Assembly: GCF_000734015.1 (NCBI RefSeq)
Contig: NZ_CP008796.1
Location: forward strand, 660,001-692,000
DNA from: Thermodesulfobacterium commune DSM 2178
Lineage (GTDB): Bacteria; Desulfobacterota; Thermodesulfobacteria; Thermodesulfobacteriales; Thermodesulfobacteriaceae
DNA length: 32,000 nt
Direction of reading: 5' to 3'
Positions 11,388 through 21,113 of this stretch are shown in pieces. Position 1 is the first letter of the stretch, and each line of letters opens with the position of its first letter. The notes below the pieces were generated by a model that worked only from the letters and a program-made list of their open reading frames with translations, made no database searches and was not told where the DNA came from. The position numbers were made by a program, and so were the translations under genes.

Positions 11388-12777
11388 ACCACTTTTCTTC
11401 TTATTCTCTTTGTTTTTGATAAAACTTTTATATCTCCTACTTTTAGACCTCCCTCTTTCTTATGACGAGTCTTATTATTGGGACTGGTCAAGGAATCTTG
11501 CTTGGGGATACTACAGTAAACCACCGATGGTTGCATGGCTGATTAAGATTTCAACCGGTTTTTTTGGAAATTATGAATGGGCAGTCCGGTTACCTGCACT
11601 TTTTTCTATTACCTTTACCACTTTATTTTTTTATCTAATCCTAAAAAAACGCCTTCCTTATGAGAAAGAACTTCTTTTAGGTCTAACCTGTCTTAGCTTA
11701 ATACCTTTACTTACTGTATACAGTTTTATCATGACCATAGACCCTCCTCTTATGCTTTTTTGGACTGGAGCTACCTATTTTTTTATAAATTATTTAGAAA
11801 CGCTAAGGGTAAGACACGCTTTTTTGGCTGGTCTCTTTATGGGCTTAGGTCTTCTTACAAAACAAACGATGTTGGGGTTTATAGCGATTGCCATAGGATA
11901 TATCCTATGGTTTAAAAGACCAGCCTTAAAAAAACCTGTAACTTTTCTTATGTTTGGATTACCTTTCTTGATGATTCTACCCAATCTTTACTGGAACTGG
12001 ATAAATGGTTTTGTTATGTTTAAACATACAGAGGAACATTTTTCAAGAACCGGGATAGAGTTGTCCAAGGGAATAAAAACAATACTTGAGACCTTACTAC
12101 TTTATACCCCTTTAGCTTTAGGTTTTATACTCATGGCACTAAAAAACTTAAAAGATGAGATATACAAAACCAGAGATTTTATTTATTTTCTTGGGCTTCC
12201 GTCTTTATTATTCCTGGGGCTTTCTTTTATGGTAGAAATAAACGCAAACTGGATCTTACCTTTTATGGTTTCAGGACTAATCTGGGTAGTTTATACCCCT
12301 CCTTTTCCTAAATTTATCACTTTTCTCAGGTTTAACCTCCTTTATGGTATTTGTTTCCTTATACTGGCCTTGTCATTTGGAGCCTTTTTTGACCGATTTC
12401 CAGAGTTTACCCGAGACCTTTTAAAGAAATTTATAGGATGGAGAGAACTTGCCTCTTATGTTGAGACCTTTTATGATGGGAAAACTCCTATCGTTGTCTC
12501 TTATCGAGATATAGCTTCCTCTTTAGCTTTTTATCTAAAGTCTCATCCAGAAAACATTTATGTAGTACAAAAGCACCCTTACCCACAAAATCAATACCAT
12601 CTATGGAGAAAAGACTCAGATTTATCAGGAAAAGAGGTTATCTTTATCCAAAAGAACCCTATCCCTCCTAAAAACCTTAGAAACCCTGTTAAACTTGGTG
12701 AAGTTCGGGTTAAAATATCTCAAAAAACTTATAAAGAGTTTTTTATCTGGAAAGGAATTTGGGAAAAGGAAGGATAA
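11365..12777 (+). CDS. ArnT/PMT-family (GT-C) glycosyltransferase, polytopic membrane
   Basis: N-terminal signature YDESYYWDWSRNLAWGYYSKPPMVAWLI, then more than 10 hydrophobic segments and a soluble C-terminal domain. Overlaps the PAP2 gene by 23 nt. Confidence 0.8.
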   Translation: MKKNFLLKPLFFLFSLFLIKLLYLLLLDLPLSYDESYYWDWSRNLAWGYYSKPPMVAWLIKISTGFFGNYEWAVRLPALFSITFTTLFFYLILKKRLPYEKELLLGLTCLSLIPLLTVYSFIMTIDPPLMLFWTGATYFFINYLETLRVRHAFLAGLFMGLGLLTKQTMLGFIAIAIGYILWFKRPALKKPVTFLMFGLPFLMILPNLYWNWINGFVMFKHTEEHFSRTGIELSKGIKTILETLLLYTPLALGFILMALKNLKDEIYKTRDFIYFLGLPSLLFLGLSFMVEINANWILPFMVSGLIWVVYTPPFPKFITFLRFNLLYGICFLILALSFGAFFDRFPEFTRDLLKKFIGWRELASYVETFYDGKTPIVVSYRDIASSLAFYLKSHPENIYVVQKHPYPQNQYHLWRKDSDLSGKEVIFIQKNPIPPKNLRNPVKLGEVRVKISQKTYKEFFIWKGIWEKEG

Positions 12778-12780
12778 AAC

Positions 12781-14109
12781 ATGGCTTACTATTGTCAGGA
12801 ATGTGGTTATAAAAGCCTTAAATGGTTAGGACGCTGTCCTGAATGTGGGGGATGGAATACCTTTATAGAAGAAAAAGAAAGCTCGATAAAAACAAAAAAC
12901 AAAACCAGAATAAATAATAAACCGATAAAGGTCTTAAAACTTTCAGACATAAAGTATGAAGTAAAACCAAGGATTTTAACAGGTCTTAGCGAACTTGATT
13001 TGGTATTAGGAGGAGGATTTGTGCCTGGGTCTTTTATCCTTATAGGAGGAGATCCAGGGATAGGGAAATCTACCCTTCTTACTCAAGTAGCAGGTGTGCT
13101 TGCAGAAAAGGGACTAAAAATAGTTTATCTATCTGCCGAAGAATCTGCTGAACAAGTTAAGTTAAGGGTTGAAAGACTGGGGTTGGGAGATGAAGTCCTT
13201 TTTATAGGAGATACTGAACTTTCCACGATAATAGAAGAGTTGAAAACCATAAAACCTGACCTTCTGATAGTAGACTCCATCCAAACAGTTTTTTTACCTG
13301 AGTTAGAAAGCCCTCCAGGTGGGGTTTCTCAAATAAGAGAGTGTGCGAATCTCCTTATGCGCTTTGCTAAAGAACAGGAGGTGGTAACAATTGTGGTAGG
13401 CCATATTACCAAAGGAGGCTTGATTGCAGGACCAAAAGTTTTAGAACATTTGGTAGACGTGGTACTTTATTTGGAGGGAGAGAAAGAAACAGGATTTAGG
13501 ATTTTAAGAGCAGTAAAAAACCGTTTTGGTCCGGTAAATGAGATAGGAGTCTTTTTGATGACCTCCAAAGGATTGGTTCCTCACTCTCAATGTGAAGACC
13601 TTTTTCTATCAGGAGAAGAAAATGCGGCTGTATTTTGTGTGATAGAAGGAACAAGACCTTTGCTGGTAGAGGTGCAATCCTTGGTTGCCAAAAGTTTTCT
13701 TGCTTTACCAAGAAGGACAGCAGTTGGATTTGACCCTATAAGGCTATCTTTACTTGTTGCTATCTTAGAAAAAAAACTAAATTTCAATTTTAGTAATCAA
13801 GACATTTATGTTAAAATATCTGGGGGGCTCAAGATCACCGACCCTTCTGCAGACATGGCAGTAGCTGTTTCTTTGGTGTCAAGTTTATTAGAAAAACCTC
13901 TTCCAGACAAAACTATTTTTATAGGAGAAATCGGGCTTTCCGGTGAGATAAAACCAGTAAGAGAAATAGCCCTTCGGCTAAAAGAGGCAGAAAAGAAGGG
14001 GTTTAAAAGAGCTTTTGTTCCAGAAAGATTAAACCTTCCTAAGCATAACCTATCATTAGAAATAATCCCTTGTAGAAAGCTTTTAGAAGTTTGTGAAAAA
14101 ATCTTTTAG
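12781..14109 (+). CDS. radA: DNA repair protein RadA/Sms
   Basis: Zinc ribbon CQECGY...CPECGGWNTF, Walker A GGDPGIGKSTLL, KNRFG motif and a Lon-like C-terminal domain. Confidence 0.95.
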   Translation: MAYYCQECGYKSLKWLGRCPECGGWNTFIEEKESSIKTKNKTRINNKPIKVLKLSDIKYEVKPRILTGLSELDLVLGGGFVPGSFILIGGDPGIGKSTLLTQVAGVLAEKGLKIVYLSAEESAEQVKLRVERLGLGDEVLFIGDTELSTIIEELKTIKPDLLIVDSIQTVFLPELESPPGGVSQIRECANLLMRFAKEQEVVTIVVGHITKGGLIAGPKVLEHLVDVVLYLEGEKETGFRILRAVKNRFGPVNEIGVFLMTSKGLVPHSQCEDLFLSGEENAAVFCVIEGTRPLLVEVQSLVAKSFLALPRRTAVGFDPIRLSLLVAILEKKLNFNFSNQDIYVKISGGLKITDPSADMAVAVSLVSSLLEKPLPDKTIFIGEIGLSGEIKPVREIALRLKEAEKKGFKRAFVPERLNLPKHNLSLEIIPCRKLLEVCEKIF

Positions 14110-14128
14110 TAGAAAAATATAAAACCCT

Positions 14129-14734
14129 ATGTTTGAAGATTTTATAAACCTTTGGGATAGCAGAGAAGAAATAAGGGTTTTTGTAAAAAATCATCCCATA
14201 GCCGGAGGTATTTTATTTGTTTTTTTACAAGCTTTACAAGTAATAATAGCCCCCCTCCCTGGAGAAGTGACAGGATTTTTTGCAGGTTTTCTTTTCGGAG
14301 GGATCTATGGGTTTATGTTAAGTATGGCAGGCTTGATGGTAGGGTCTTTAATTTCTTTTTATATAGCAAGGTTTTTAAGAAAAAAATTTTTTAAAAAATA
14401 CCGTCAATCTCCCATCTATTTGAAGGTAAAGAAAATTTTTTATAAACATGGGCTTACTGGAATGTTTTTACTTTATCTTTTTCCTGGGTTTCCCAAGGAC
14501 TTGCTAAACTATTTACTTGGTTTTATGCCTGTCTCTCTAAAAGGTTTCACGGTGGTATGTTTTTTAGGTAGAATACCAGGCACTTTTGCCCTTTCCCTTC
14601 AGGGGGATGTAGTATACGGTGGGCATCCTCAAAGTATAATTTTAGTAACTCTCACTTTTGTGATAGTTTTTTTAATTTTTTTGGTGATTAAAAAAAGAAT
14701 TGAAGGTTGGTTAGAAAAAGATCCTACCACTTAG
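14129..14734 (+). CDS. TVP38/TMEM64 (DedA-superfamily) membrane protein
   Basis: 201 aa, 4-5 hydrophobic segments, the [20 protein letters not shown] motif and a basic loop ([11 protein letters not shown]). Confidence 0.7.
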   Translation: MFEDFINLWDSREEIRVFVKNHPIAGGILFVFLQALQVIIAPLPGEVTGFFAGFLFGGIYGFMLSMAGLMVGSLISFYIARFLRKKFFKKYRQSPIYLKVKKIFYKHGLTGMFLLYLFPGFPKDLLNYLLGFMPVSLKGFTVVCFLGRIPGTFALSLQGDVVYGGHPQSIILVTLTFVIVFLIFLVIKKRIEGWLEKDPTT

Positions 14735-15503
14735 TTCTTACCTTTACCCCCTTTTTAGCTAAGTAATCCTTGATTTCTTTCACGGTATACATTCCATAGT
14801 GAACCATAGAGGCTATAAGCGCTGCATCAGCTTTACCTTCGGTAAGAACCTGATACAAATGTTCAGGGTGACCTGCACCACCTGAGGCAATAACCGGAAT
14901 GTTTACCGCCTCTGCTATCATCCTCGTAATGGTTAACTCATAACCTTCTTTAGTGCCGTCTGCATCTATAGAATTAAGACAAATCTCCCCTGCCCCTAAG
15001 TTTTCTGCTTCTTTTGCCCACCAAACAGCATCTATTCCCATAGGTTGTCTTCCACCCTTTATCCAAACCTCATATCCAGAGGGGATTTTAGAAGAAGGTT
15101 CAACCTTTTTCACATCCATACCAAGTACGATACATTGAGAACCAAAGGCCTTAGCCCCTTCGTAAATCAGTTTGGGATTAAGCACAGCCGCGGTATTAAC
15201 CGAAACCTTCTCTGCTCCTGCAAGCAAGACCTGTCTCATGTCTTCGACTGACTTAATTCCACCTCCTACTGAAAAGGGAATAAAAATCCGTTCGGCAGTC
15301 CTTCTAACCACGTCTATCATGATCCCTCGATGTTCTGCACTGGCAGTAATATCGTAAAAAACTATTTCATCAGCCCCTTCTTGATAATACTTTTCAGCCA
15401 TCTCTACAGGGTCGCCTACCTCTACATTGTCTTTAAACTTTATCCCTTTAGTCGTTTTACCATCCTTTACGTCAAGGCATACGATTATTCTTTTACTTAA
15501 CAT
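14724..15503 (-). CDS. hisF: Imidazole glycerol phosphate synthase cyclase subunit
   Basis: [16 protein letters not shown]..., [13 protein letters not shown] and [10 protein letters not shown] are collinear with HisF. Confidence 0.95.
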   Translation of the reverse strand: MLSKRIIVCLDVKDGKTTKGIKFKDNVEVGDPVEMAEKYYQEGADEIVFYDITASAEHRGIMIDVVRRTAERIFIPFSVGGGIKSVEDMRQVLLAGAEKVSVNTAAVLNPKLIYEGAKAFGSQCIVLGMDVKKVEPSSKIPSGYEVWIKGGRQPMGIDAVWWAKEAENLGAGEICLNSIDADGTKEGYELTITRMIAEAVNIPVIASGGAGHPEHLYQVLTEGKADAALIASMVHYGMYTVKEIKDYLAKKGVKVRTKW

Positions 15504-15526
15504 GTAAAACCCCTTTACACTTTTTT

Positions 15527-15546
15527 AAAAGGCAACCTGCCTTTTT
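15527..15546 (-). terminator. Putative intrinsic terminator after the zinc-ribbon gene
   Basis: On the minus strand, AAAAAGGCAggtTGCCTTTT: a 6-7 bp GC-containing stem with a 3-nt loop, followed by a T run. Confidence 0.4.
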
Positions 15547-15558
15547 CTCTTTTTAAGC

Positions 15559-15762
15559 TCAGCTAAAACCAAATCCTCCTCCACAAGAACTCTTCTTATA
15601 ATCACCTACCCCTTTCATCATCGCACATACATTAGATACTACCTTTTCTACCTTTTCTGAACCACAAAAGGGACATTTTACCTCTTGTTCTTCTGTTTTA
15701 CTAAAAATAAGTTTTTCAAAAATCCTCCCACAATCATAACACCTAAATTCATAAATAGGCAT
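15559..15762 (-). CDS. FmdB-family zinc-ribbon protein
   Basis: MPIYEFRCYDCGRIFE...CPFCGS is the hallmark of the CxxC_CxxC_SSSS family. Strong RBS (aggagggg). Confidence 0.75.
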   Translation of the reverse strand: MPIYEFRCYDCGRIFEKLIFSKTEEQEVKCPFCGSEKVEKVVSNVCAMMKGVGDYKKSSCGGGFGFS

Positions 15763-15818
15763 ACCCTTCCCCTCCTATATCCTTAAATTTAGCTTCGCAG
15801 TAAAATAATAAAAAATTT

Positions 15819-16151
15819 TTAAATTTCAACCCCTGTTTCTTGTAAAAGCCATCTATAAAAACAGGGGGTAACCTCAGAAACCTCTATTTTTGCGATGCAA
15901 GGACAAGAATAAGAATGGTTTTTAAGCACCTCTTTTTCTACCTCAGGATAAAGAGATTCGCGGGTTTTTACTATTAAAACAGCTTCTTGAGAAACTTCTA
16001 TCTTACCTTCCCACCAATACATAGAGTTAATGTTAGTAAAAAGGTTAACACAACCACAAAGTCTTTTCTCAAGGAGTATCCTTCCAACTTTTTGAGCCTC
16101 CTCTGAATTGGGAAAAGTTATGTAAACAAATACAATCTTATCTTGTGCCAT
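15819..16151 (-). CDS. cutA: Divalent-cation tolerance protein CutA
   Basis: VYITFPNSEEAQKVGRILLEKRLCGCVN...YWWEGKIE pattern; 110 aa. Confidence 0.85.
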   Translation of the reverse strand: MAQDKIVFVYITFPNSEEAQKVGRILLEKRLCGCVNLFTNINSMYWWEGKIEVSQEAVLIVKTRESLYPEVEKEVLKNHSYSCPCIAKIEVSEVTPCFYRWLLQETGVEI

Positions 16152-16246
16152 AATTACCTCCTGTTTAAATTTCTCTCTAAAAGAGCTAAAGTATAATTAT
16201 ACCTTAATCGTTATAAATTGCCAAAAAATAAAGGTTTTTTCTGTTG

Positions 16247-16274
16247 TTGGAAAATAACAAAAAGGTTTTATAAT
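16247..16274 (+). promoter_or_regulatory. Putative sigma70-type promoter of ndk-thiL
   Basis: TTGGAA (16247-16252), 16-nt spacer, TATAAT (16269-16274). The -10 box overlaps the ORF-track ATG at 16273, which argues for the downstream start. Confidence 0.4.
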
Positions 16275-16308
16275 GGAGCAAAAATTAGTTATGAGGAGGA
16301 GGGATCAG

Positions 16309-16731
16309 ATGGAAAGAACGTTGGTTATGATTAAACCTGACGGGGTCCAGAGAAACCTTATAGGAAAGGTTATTAGTATTTTTGAAGAAAAGGGTCTCAG
16401 GGTGGTTGCTTTAAAAAAAGTTAAACTATCTAAGGAGCAGGCAAAACAATTTTATGTCGTACACAAAGAACGTCCTTTTTTTGAAAGTCTAACAGATTAC
16501 ATGAGTTCTGGTCCAGTGGTGGCTATGGTTTTAGAAGGAGAACAGGCTATAAAAAGGGTACGTGAAATCATGGGAGCAACCGACCCTAAAGAAGCTCAAG
16601 AAGGTACCATAAGAAAACTTTTTGCGATAGACAAGGAAAAAAATACCGTTCATGGTTCTGACAGCCCTGAATCTGCCGCTAAGGAAATACCATTTTTCTT
16701 TAGTGAGTATGAACTTCTCAGCGCTGAATAA
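16309..16731 (+). CDS. ndk: Nucleoside diphosphate kinase
   Basis: MERTLVMIKPDGVQRNLIG... and catalytic NTVHGSDS. The ATG at 16309 is preceded by aggaggaggg at ideal spacing. The ORF-track start 16273 would add 12 non-conserved residues. Confidence 0.9.
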   Translation: MERTLVMIKPDGVQRNLIGKVISIFEEKGLRVVALKKVKLSKEQAKQFYVVHKERPFFESLTDYMSSGPVVAMVLEGEQAIKRVREIMGATDPKEAQEGTIRKLFAIDKEKNTVHGSDSPESAAKEIPFFFSEYELLSAE

Positions 16732-17675
16732 TGACTGAAAAGGAATGGATAACTTATTTAAAAAAACATCTTTTTGAAAAACCTCCTGTTTTTAAAACCT
16801 ATAATGAAGACTGTACTGTTATTCAAAAAGAGGAGCAGGAATTTTTACTTATTACAACTGATGCGCTAGTAGAAACAATCCATTTTAAATTAGATTATTA
16901 CTCTTTTTTTGACTTAGGCGTTAAATTAGCTAACTCTAATTTAAGTGACATCGCTGCCTGTGGAGGGGAGCCTGAATGGGCTCTCCTTACCTTAGGAAGT
17001 CCGATCCCTGTAGATGTTAACTGGGCAGAGCCGTTTTTACAAGGACTTAATCAAAGCTTAAATAAGTTTGGTGCCCATTTGGTAGGTGGAGACACAGTTA
17101 AAAGTCCCTTCTTTTTCTTTAACCTAACTTTATTTGGTAAAACCAACTTCCCTATTTTAAGAAAAGGAGCAAAGGAAGGAGATTTGATCTTTGTCTCAAG
17201 ACCCTTAGGAGGAAGTTCTGCTTTTTTAAGAATGGTTAAAACCTCTCCTTTAAAAGAAATACCTGAAAATCTCAAAAAAGCCCATCTTTACCCAGAACCA
17301 GAAATAATCTTAGGTAAAGAACTCTCTTCGAAAAATTTAGCTACCTCAGCTATAGATATCTCCGACGGTCTTTTACTTGACCTTTGGAGGATATGTGAAG
17401 AAAACTCAGTTGGGGCTGAATTATTACAAGAGGCTATACCTATAGAGCCCGGAGCTACCTTAGAAGATGCCCTTTCAGGAGGAGAAGACTATGCCCTTCT
17501 TTTTACTGTTTCTCCCTCTAACTTACACCAAATAGGTGAAATCGAAACCAAACTAAAAAGGAAGTTTTTCTGCATAGGAAAAATCTTACCTGAAAAAGAT
17601 CTTTATTTAGTTAGCGAAAAAAAAGAAAGATTAAAACTAAAACCCAAAGGGTTTGACCACTTTAATTTTAAATAG
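16731..17675 (+). CDS. thiL: Thiamine-monophosphate kinase
   Basis: AIR-synthase-related fold: ITTDALVETIHF, SDIAACGG, HLVGGDT, GEDYALLFT. TAATG overlap with ndk. Confidence 0.85.
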   Translation: MTEKEWITYLKKHLFEKPPVFKTYNEDCTVIQKEEQEFLLITTDALVETIHFKLDYYSFFDLGVKLANSNLSDIAACGGEPEWALLTLGSPIPVDVNWAEPFLQGLNQSLNKFGAHLVGGDTVKSPFFFFNLTLFGKTNFPILRKGAKEGDLIFVSRPLGGSSAFLRMVKTSPLKEIPENLKKAHLYPEPEIILGKELSSKNLATSAIDISDGLLLDLWRICEENSVGAELLQEAIPIEPGATLEDALSGGEDYALLFTVSPSNLHQIGEIETKLKRKFFCIGKILPEKDLYLVSEKKERLKLKPKGFDHFNFK

Positions 17676-17696
17676 CTTAATTTAAATTAATTTTAA

Positions 17697-17731
17697 TAAA
17701 AAACCCCAGGAAATTCCTCCCGGGGTTTCTC
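17697..17731. terminator. Bidirectional intrinsic terminator between thiL and hsp20
   Basis: AAACCCC (17701-17707) pairs with GGGGTTT (17722-17728), with an inner AGGAA/TTCCT pairing. A-run upstream and T-rich downstream, so a good T run follows on the minus strand. Confidence 0.55.
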
Positions 17732-17741
17732 TTCTAAAGAA

Positions 17742-18194
17742 TTATTTCTCTACGTTAATCTTGATAACTTTTTTCTTTTCTTCAGGCTTTTTAGGTAAAA
17801 TTATCTTCAAAACCCCATCTTTATAGGTAGCTTCTATCTTATCTTCTTCAACCTCACAAGGAATAGGTATAGACCTCATAAAACTTCCATAAAATCTTTC
17901 AATCCTATAGAAGTTTTCTTTTTTCTCCTCCTCTTCTCTTTTCTTTTCTCCTTTAATAACCAAAACATTCTCCATCAAGCTAATTTCCATATCCTCAGGA
18001 TTTACACCTGGTACATCAACTTTTACGATAACTTTATCATCTGTTTCCGAAACATCTACAGCAGGTGCCCAACTTATACCTTCCCATCTTTCTGTTAACA
18101 ATTCTTTACCAAAAAATTCTTGCCAAATACGATCCATTTCTTTTTTTAATTCCTGTAATGGACGCCAAAGAATTAAATCTGCCATATTTATCAC
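17742..18194 (-). CDS. Hsp20/alpha-crystallin small heat-shock protein
   Basis: Alpha-crystallin domain PAVDVSETDDKVIVKVDVPGV...ATYKDGVLKIILPK; 150 aa. Confidence 0.9.
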   Translation of the reverse strand: MINMADLILWRPLQELKKEMDRIWQEFFGKELLTERWEGISWAPAVDVSETDDKVIVKVDVPGVNPEDMEISLMENVLVIKGEKKREEEEKKENFYRIERFYGSFMRSIPIPCEVEEDKIEATYKDGVLKIILPKKPEEKKKVIKINVEK

Positions 18195-18232
18195 CTCCTT
18201 TTTATATTTTATTTTTGGAATTTCTAATTCTA

Positions 18233-18332
18233 AAAATAAGTATACACTTGCAAAGTTTCAAGTACCAATTTACCAAAATTTTACAAAAATTTTTAAAAGT
18301 TTTGACTATTGAAAGTGTAAACTTTGTATTTA
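18233..18332. promoter_or_regulatory. Divergent hsp20 / clpB promoter-operator region
   Basis: Minus strand: TTGAAA (18256-18261), 17 nt, TATTTT (18233-18238). Plus strand: TTGACT (18302-18307) with a weak -10 (TGTATT/TATTTA). Imperfect 18-nt palindrome ACTTGcAAAgTTTCAAGT (18246-18263) overlaps the hsp20 -35. AAAGTgtaaACTTT (18312-18325) lies in the clpB spacer. Confidence 0.35.
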
Positions 18333-18375
18333 ATTTTTAAACAAATAGTAATATTTAAAAAGTGGAGGTTAAACG

Positions 18376-20967
18376 ATGAAGCTTGACAGATACACTTTTA
18401 AAGCTCAAGAGGCTTTACAAGAAGCCCAAAAGTTAGCCGAGTCTAAAAACAATCCTCAGTTAGAACCAGAGCACCTTTTATTAGCTTTGGTCACCCAAGA
18501 AGGTGGAATTATTCCTACCATCCTGGACAGGCTCGGGGTAAACTCCAAAATCATTGCTTCTGAGCTTGAGGAAATTTTAGATAAATTTCCCAAACTTACC
18601 CAAGGAGCTTACCAGCTATATCTTTCTTTAAATCTTAAGCAAATTTTAGATAAAGCCGAGGGATTAGCCCGAGAAATGAGAGATGAGTATGTTTCAACAG
18701 AACATCTATTTTTAGCTATCATAGATAGTCCGACTAAAGCAGGAGAAATTTTAAGAAAACGTGGGGTTACCTTTAGCAACACAAAAGAGGTTATCAACAA
18801 AATAAGAAAAGGACAAAGGATTACTGACCAAAATCCAGAAGAAAAATATCAATCTTTAGAAAAATTTGGTAGAGACCTTACTGCTCTTGCCAAAGCTGGA
18901 AAACTTGACCCTGTGATAGGAAGAGACGAAGAAATAAGAAGGGTTATGCATATTTTAAGTAGAAGAACCAAAAATAACCCGGTGTTGGTCGGAGAGCCAG
19001 GTGTAGGTAAAACAGCCATAGTAGAAGGATTAGCTCAGAGGATAGTAGCTGGAGATGTTCCTGAGATTTTAAAAAACAAAAGAATTATACAACTTGATTT
19101 GGGCTCTTTGATAGCAGGAACTAAGTTTAGAGGAGAATTTGAGGAAAGACTAAAGGCGGTTTTAAGAGAGGTGCAAGCAAGTGAAGGAGAAATCATCCTT
19201 TTTATAGATGAGATACATACCTTGGTTGGAGCTGGTGCAGCCGAAGGAGCTATGGATGCTGCTAACATGTTAAAACCAGCCTTGGCAAGAGGCGAATTAA
19301 GATGTATAGGTGCTACTACCATAGATGAATACCGGAAGTACATAGAAAAAGATCCTGCCTTAGAAAGGCGTTTCCAACCTGTATATGTAGATGAACCCTC
19401 TCCAGAAGAGGCTATCGCTATTTTAAGGGGTCTAAAAGAAAAATATGAAGTGCACCACGGAGTAAAGATTACAGATAACGCTATCGTAGCAGCGGTAATG
19501 CTTTCTCACAGGTATATCACAGATAGATTTTTACCTGATAAAGCTATAGACCTTATAGATGAAGCGGCAGCTAAACTTAGGATTGAAATAGATTCTATGC
19601 CTACAGAAATAGATGAGATAGAAAGAAAAATCAAACAGTTAGAAATAGAAAAAGTGGCTTTAGAAAAAGAAACCGACCCAAAGGCCAAAGAAAGACTTAC
19701 TAAGATTTTAGAACAACTTCAAGACCTTAGAAATAAGGTAGAACAGTTAAAGGAACAATGGCTTAAGGAAAAAGAAATAATTCAAAAAATTAGAAAGCTT
19801 AAAGAGAGAATAGACCAATTAAAGGTCGAGGCTCAACAAGCAGAAAGAAAGGGAGACCTAAACCGGGTAGCAGAAATTATCTATGGTATCATACCTCAGC
19901 TTCAAAAAGAACTTGAAGAGGAAAACCGTAAACTTGCTGAAATCCAAAAAGAACATAAATTCTTAAAAGAAGAAGTAGACGCAGAAGACATTGCTCAGAT
20001 TATCTCTAAATGGACGGGAATTCCTGTAAGCAGGCTTTTAGAAAGTGAAAGAGAAAAACTGCTCAGGATAGAAGAAAAACTAAAAGAACGGGTGGTAGGA
20101 CAAGACCATGCTATTAAGGTCATCGCAGATGCTTTAAGAAGAGCCAGAGCTGGGCTAAAAGATCCCAATAGACCTATCGGTTCTTTTATGTTTATAGGTC
20201 CTACAGGAGTAGGAAAAACTGAGCTTGCTAAAGCTTTGGCTGAGTTTATGTTTGATACCGAAGATGCTATGATTAGGATCGACATGACCGAATATATGGA
20301 AAAGCATTCGGTATCAAGGTTGATAGGTGCCCCTCCAGGATATGTAGGCTATGAAGAAGGAGGACAACTTACAGAAGCTGTAAGAAGAAGGCCCTATTCA
20401 GTAATACTTTTTGACGAAATAGAAAAAGCTCATCCTGATGTGTTTAATATCTTATTACAGGTACTTGATGACGGAAGACTTACAGATGGAAAAGGTAGAA
20501 CAGTAGACTTCAGAAATACCATCATCATCATGACTTCAAACGTAGGTAGCTTTTACTTCCAAGACCTTTCCATAAGTCATACAGAAATAGAATCTAAAAT
20601 ACACGAACTTTTAAAGGCTACTTTTAAACCTGAATTTTTAAACAGGATTGATGAAATCATCATCTTTAATAACCTACAAAGAGAACATATCATAAAAATA
20701 GTGGACATACAGATCAAGTATCTAAACGAAAGATTAGCTGAAAAGAACATGGGTTTGGAACTCACCGAAAAAGCAAAAGAACTAATAGCTACCTATGGAT
20801 ACGATCCTACCTTTGGAGCAAGACCTCTCAAAAGAGCTATACAGCGTCACATAGAAAATCCTTTAGCCTTAAAGATTCTTGACGGGACCTTCGTAGAAGG
20901 GGATAAAATCATCGTAGATGTAAACGATTTCGGAGAGTTTGTATTCACCAAACAACCAGTTCATTAA
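18376..20967 (+). CDS. clpB: ATP-dependent chaperone/disaggregase ClpB
   Basis: Clp N-domain, two AAA+ modules ([30 protein letters not shown]) and a long coiled-coil middle domain; 863 aa. Confidence 0.95.
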   Translation: MKLDRYTFKAQEALQEAQKLAESKNNPQLEPEHLLLALVTQEGGIIPTILDRLGVNSKIIASELEEILDKFPKLTQGAYQLYLSLNLKQILDKAEGLAREMRDEYVSTEHLFLAIIDSPTKAGEILRKRGVTFSNTKEVINKIRKGQRITDQNPEEKYQSLEKFGRDLTALAKAGKLDPVIGRDEEIRRVMHILSRRTKNNPVLVGEPGVGKTAIVEGLAQRIVAGDVPEILKNKRIIQLDLGSLIAGTKFRGEFEERLKAVLREVQASEGEIILFIDEIHTLVGAGAAEGAMDAANMLKPALARGELRCIGATTIDEYRKYIEKDPALERRFQPVYVDEPSPEEAIAILRGLKEKYEVHHGVKITDNAIVAAVMLSHRYITDRFLPDKAIDLIDEAAAKLRIEIDSMPTEIDEIERKIKQLEIEKVALEKETDPKAKERLTKILEQLQDLRNKVEQLKEQWLKEKEIIQKIRKLKERIDQLKVEAQQAERKGDLNRVAEIIYGIIPQLQKELEEENRKLAEIQKEHKFLKEEVDAEDIAQIISKWTGIPVSRLLESEREKLLRIEEKLKERVVGQDHAIKVIADALRRARAGLKDPNRPIGSFMFIGPTGVGKTELAKALAEFMFDTEDAMIRIDMTEYMEKHSVSRLIGAPPGYVGYEEGGQLTEAVRRRPYSVILFDEIEKAHPDVFNILLQVLDDGRLTDGKGRTVDFRNTIIIMTSNVGSFYFQDLSISHTEIESKIHELLKATFKPEFLNRIDEIIIFNNLQREHIIKIVDIQIKYLNERLAEKNMGLELTEKAKELIATYGYDPTFGARPLKRAIQRHIENPLALKILDGTFVEGDKIIVDVNDFGEFVFTKQPVH

Positions 20968-20983
20968 TAATATAAGTAACTTC

Positions 20984-21030
20984 CCCTACCCCTCTATATC
21001 TTTCCAACTTTAAGGATATGAGGGGTAGGG
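20984..21030 (+). terminator. Long hairpin downstream of clpB (probable terminator)
   Basis: CCCTACCCCTC (20984-20994) is perfectly complementary to GAGGGGTAGGG (21020-21030), with further pairing inside the loop (atatcttt/aaggatat). The downstream T tract is only partial (attgaatttta). Confidence 0.45.
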
Positions 21031-21113
21031 ATTGAATTTTATATGAAAATTGGTAAACTTTATCATAAAAGGGAAGATAAATTTTTTAAATTTTATCTAA
21101 GGAGGGTTTACGA

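Noticed and set aside
16273-16308. 12-codon N-terminal extension of ndk given by the ORF track
   Set aside because: This ATG lies inside the best -10 box (TATAAT, 16269-16274) and has no RBS. The ATG at 16309 has aggaggaggg upstream and gives the canonical Ndk N-terminus.
17677-17690. Perfect 14-nt palindrome TTAATTTAAATTAA just after the thiL stop
   Set aside because: It is made only of A/T in an AT-rich intergenic region next to a real GC-stem terminator, so it is likely chance or part of the terminator A/T tracts.
18065-18340. 91-aa plus-strand ORF spanning the hsp20 5' end and the hsp20/clpB intergenic spacer
   Set aside because: It overlaps the hsp20 coding sequence antisense and runs through the AT-rich promoter region. 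The peptide is Leu/Phe/Ile/Lys low-complexity and no RBS is present.
18609-20765. Five antisense ORFs within clpB (18609-18800, 19035-19343, 19506-19688, 19995-20285, 20577-20765)
   Set aside because: Shadow ORFs opposite a very well-supported 863-aa ClpB. The peptides are low-complexity and Ser/Ile/Leu-rich. The same reasoning applies to the other track ORFs antisense to confident genes: 138-365, 950-1138, 1441-1743, 1846-2115, 2503-2703, 4540-4767, 6189-6665, 7649-7864, 8969-9286, 9466-9726, 10212-10523, 11790-11984, 13496-13787, 14953-15357, 17051-17275, 24311-24502, 25915-26840, 30517-30907.
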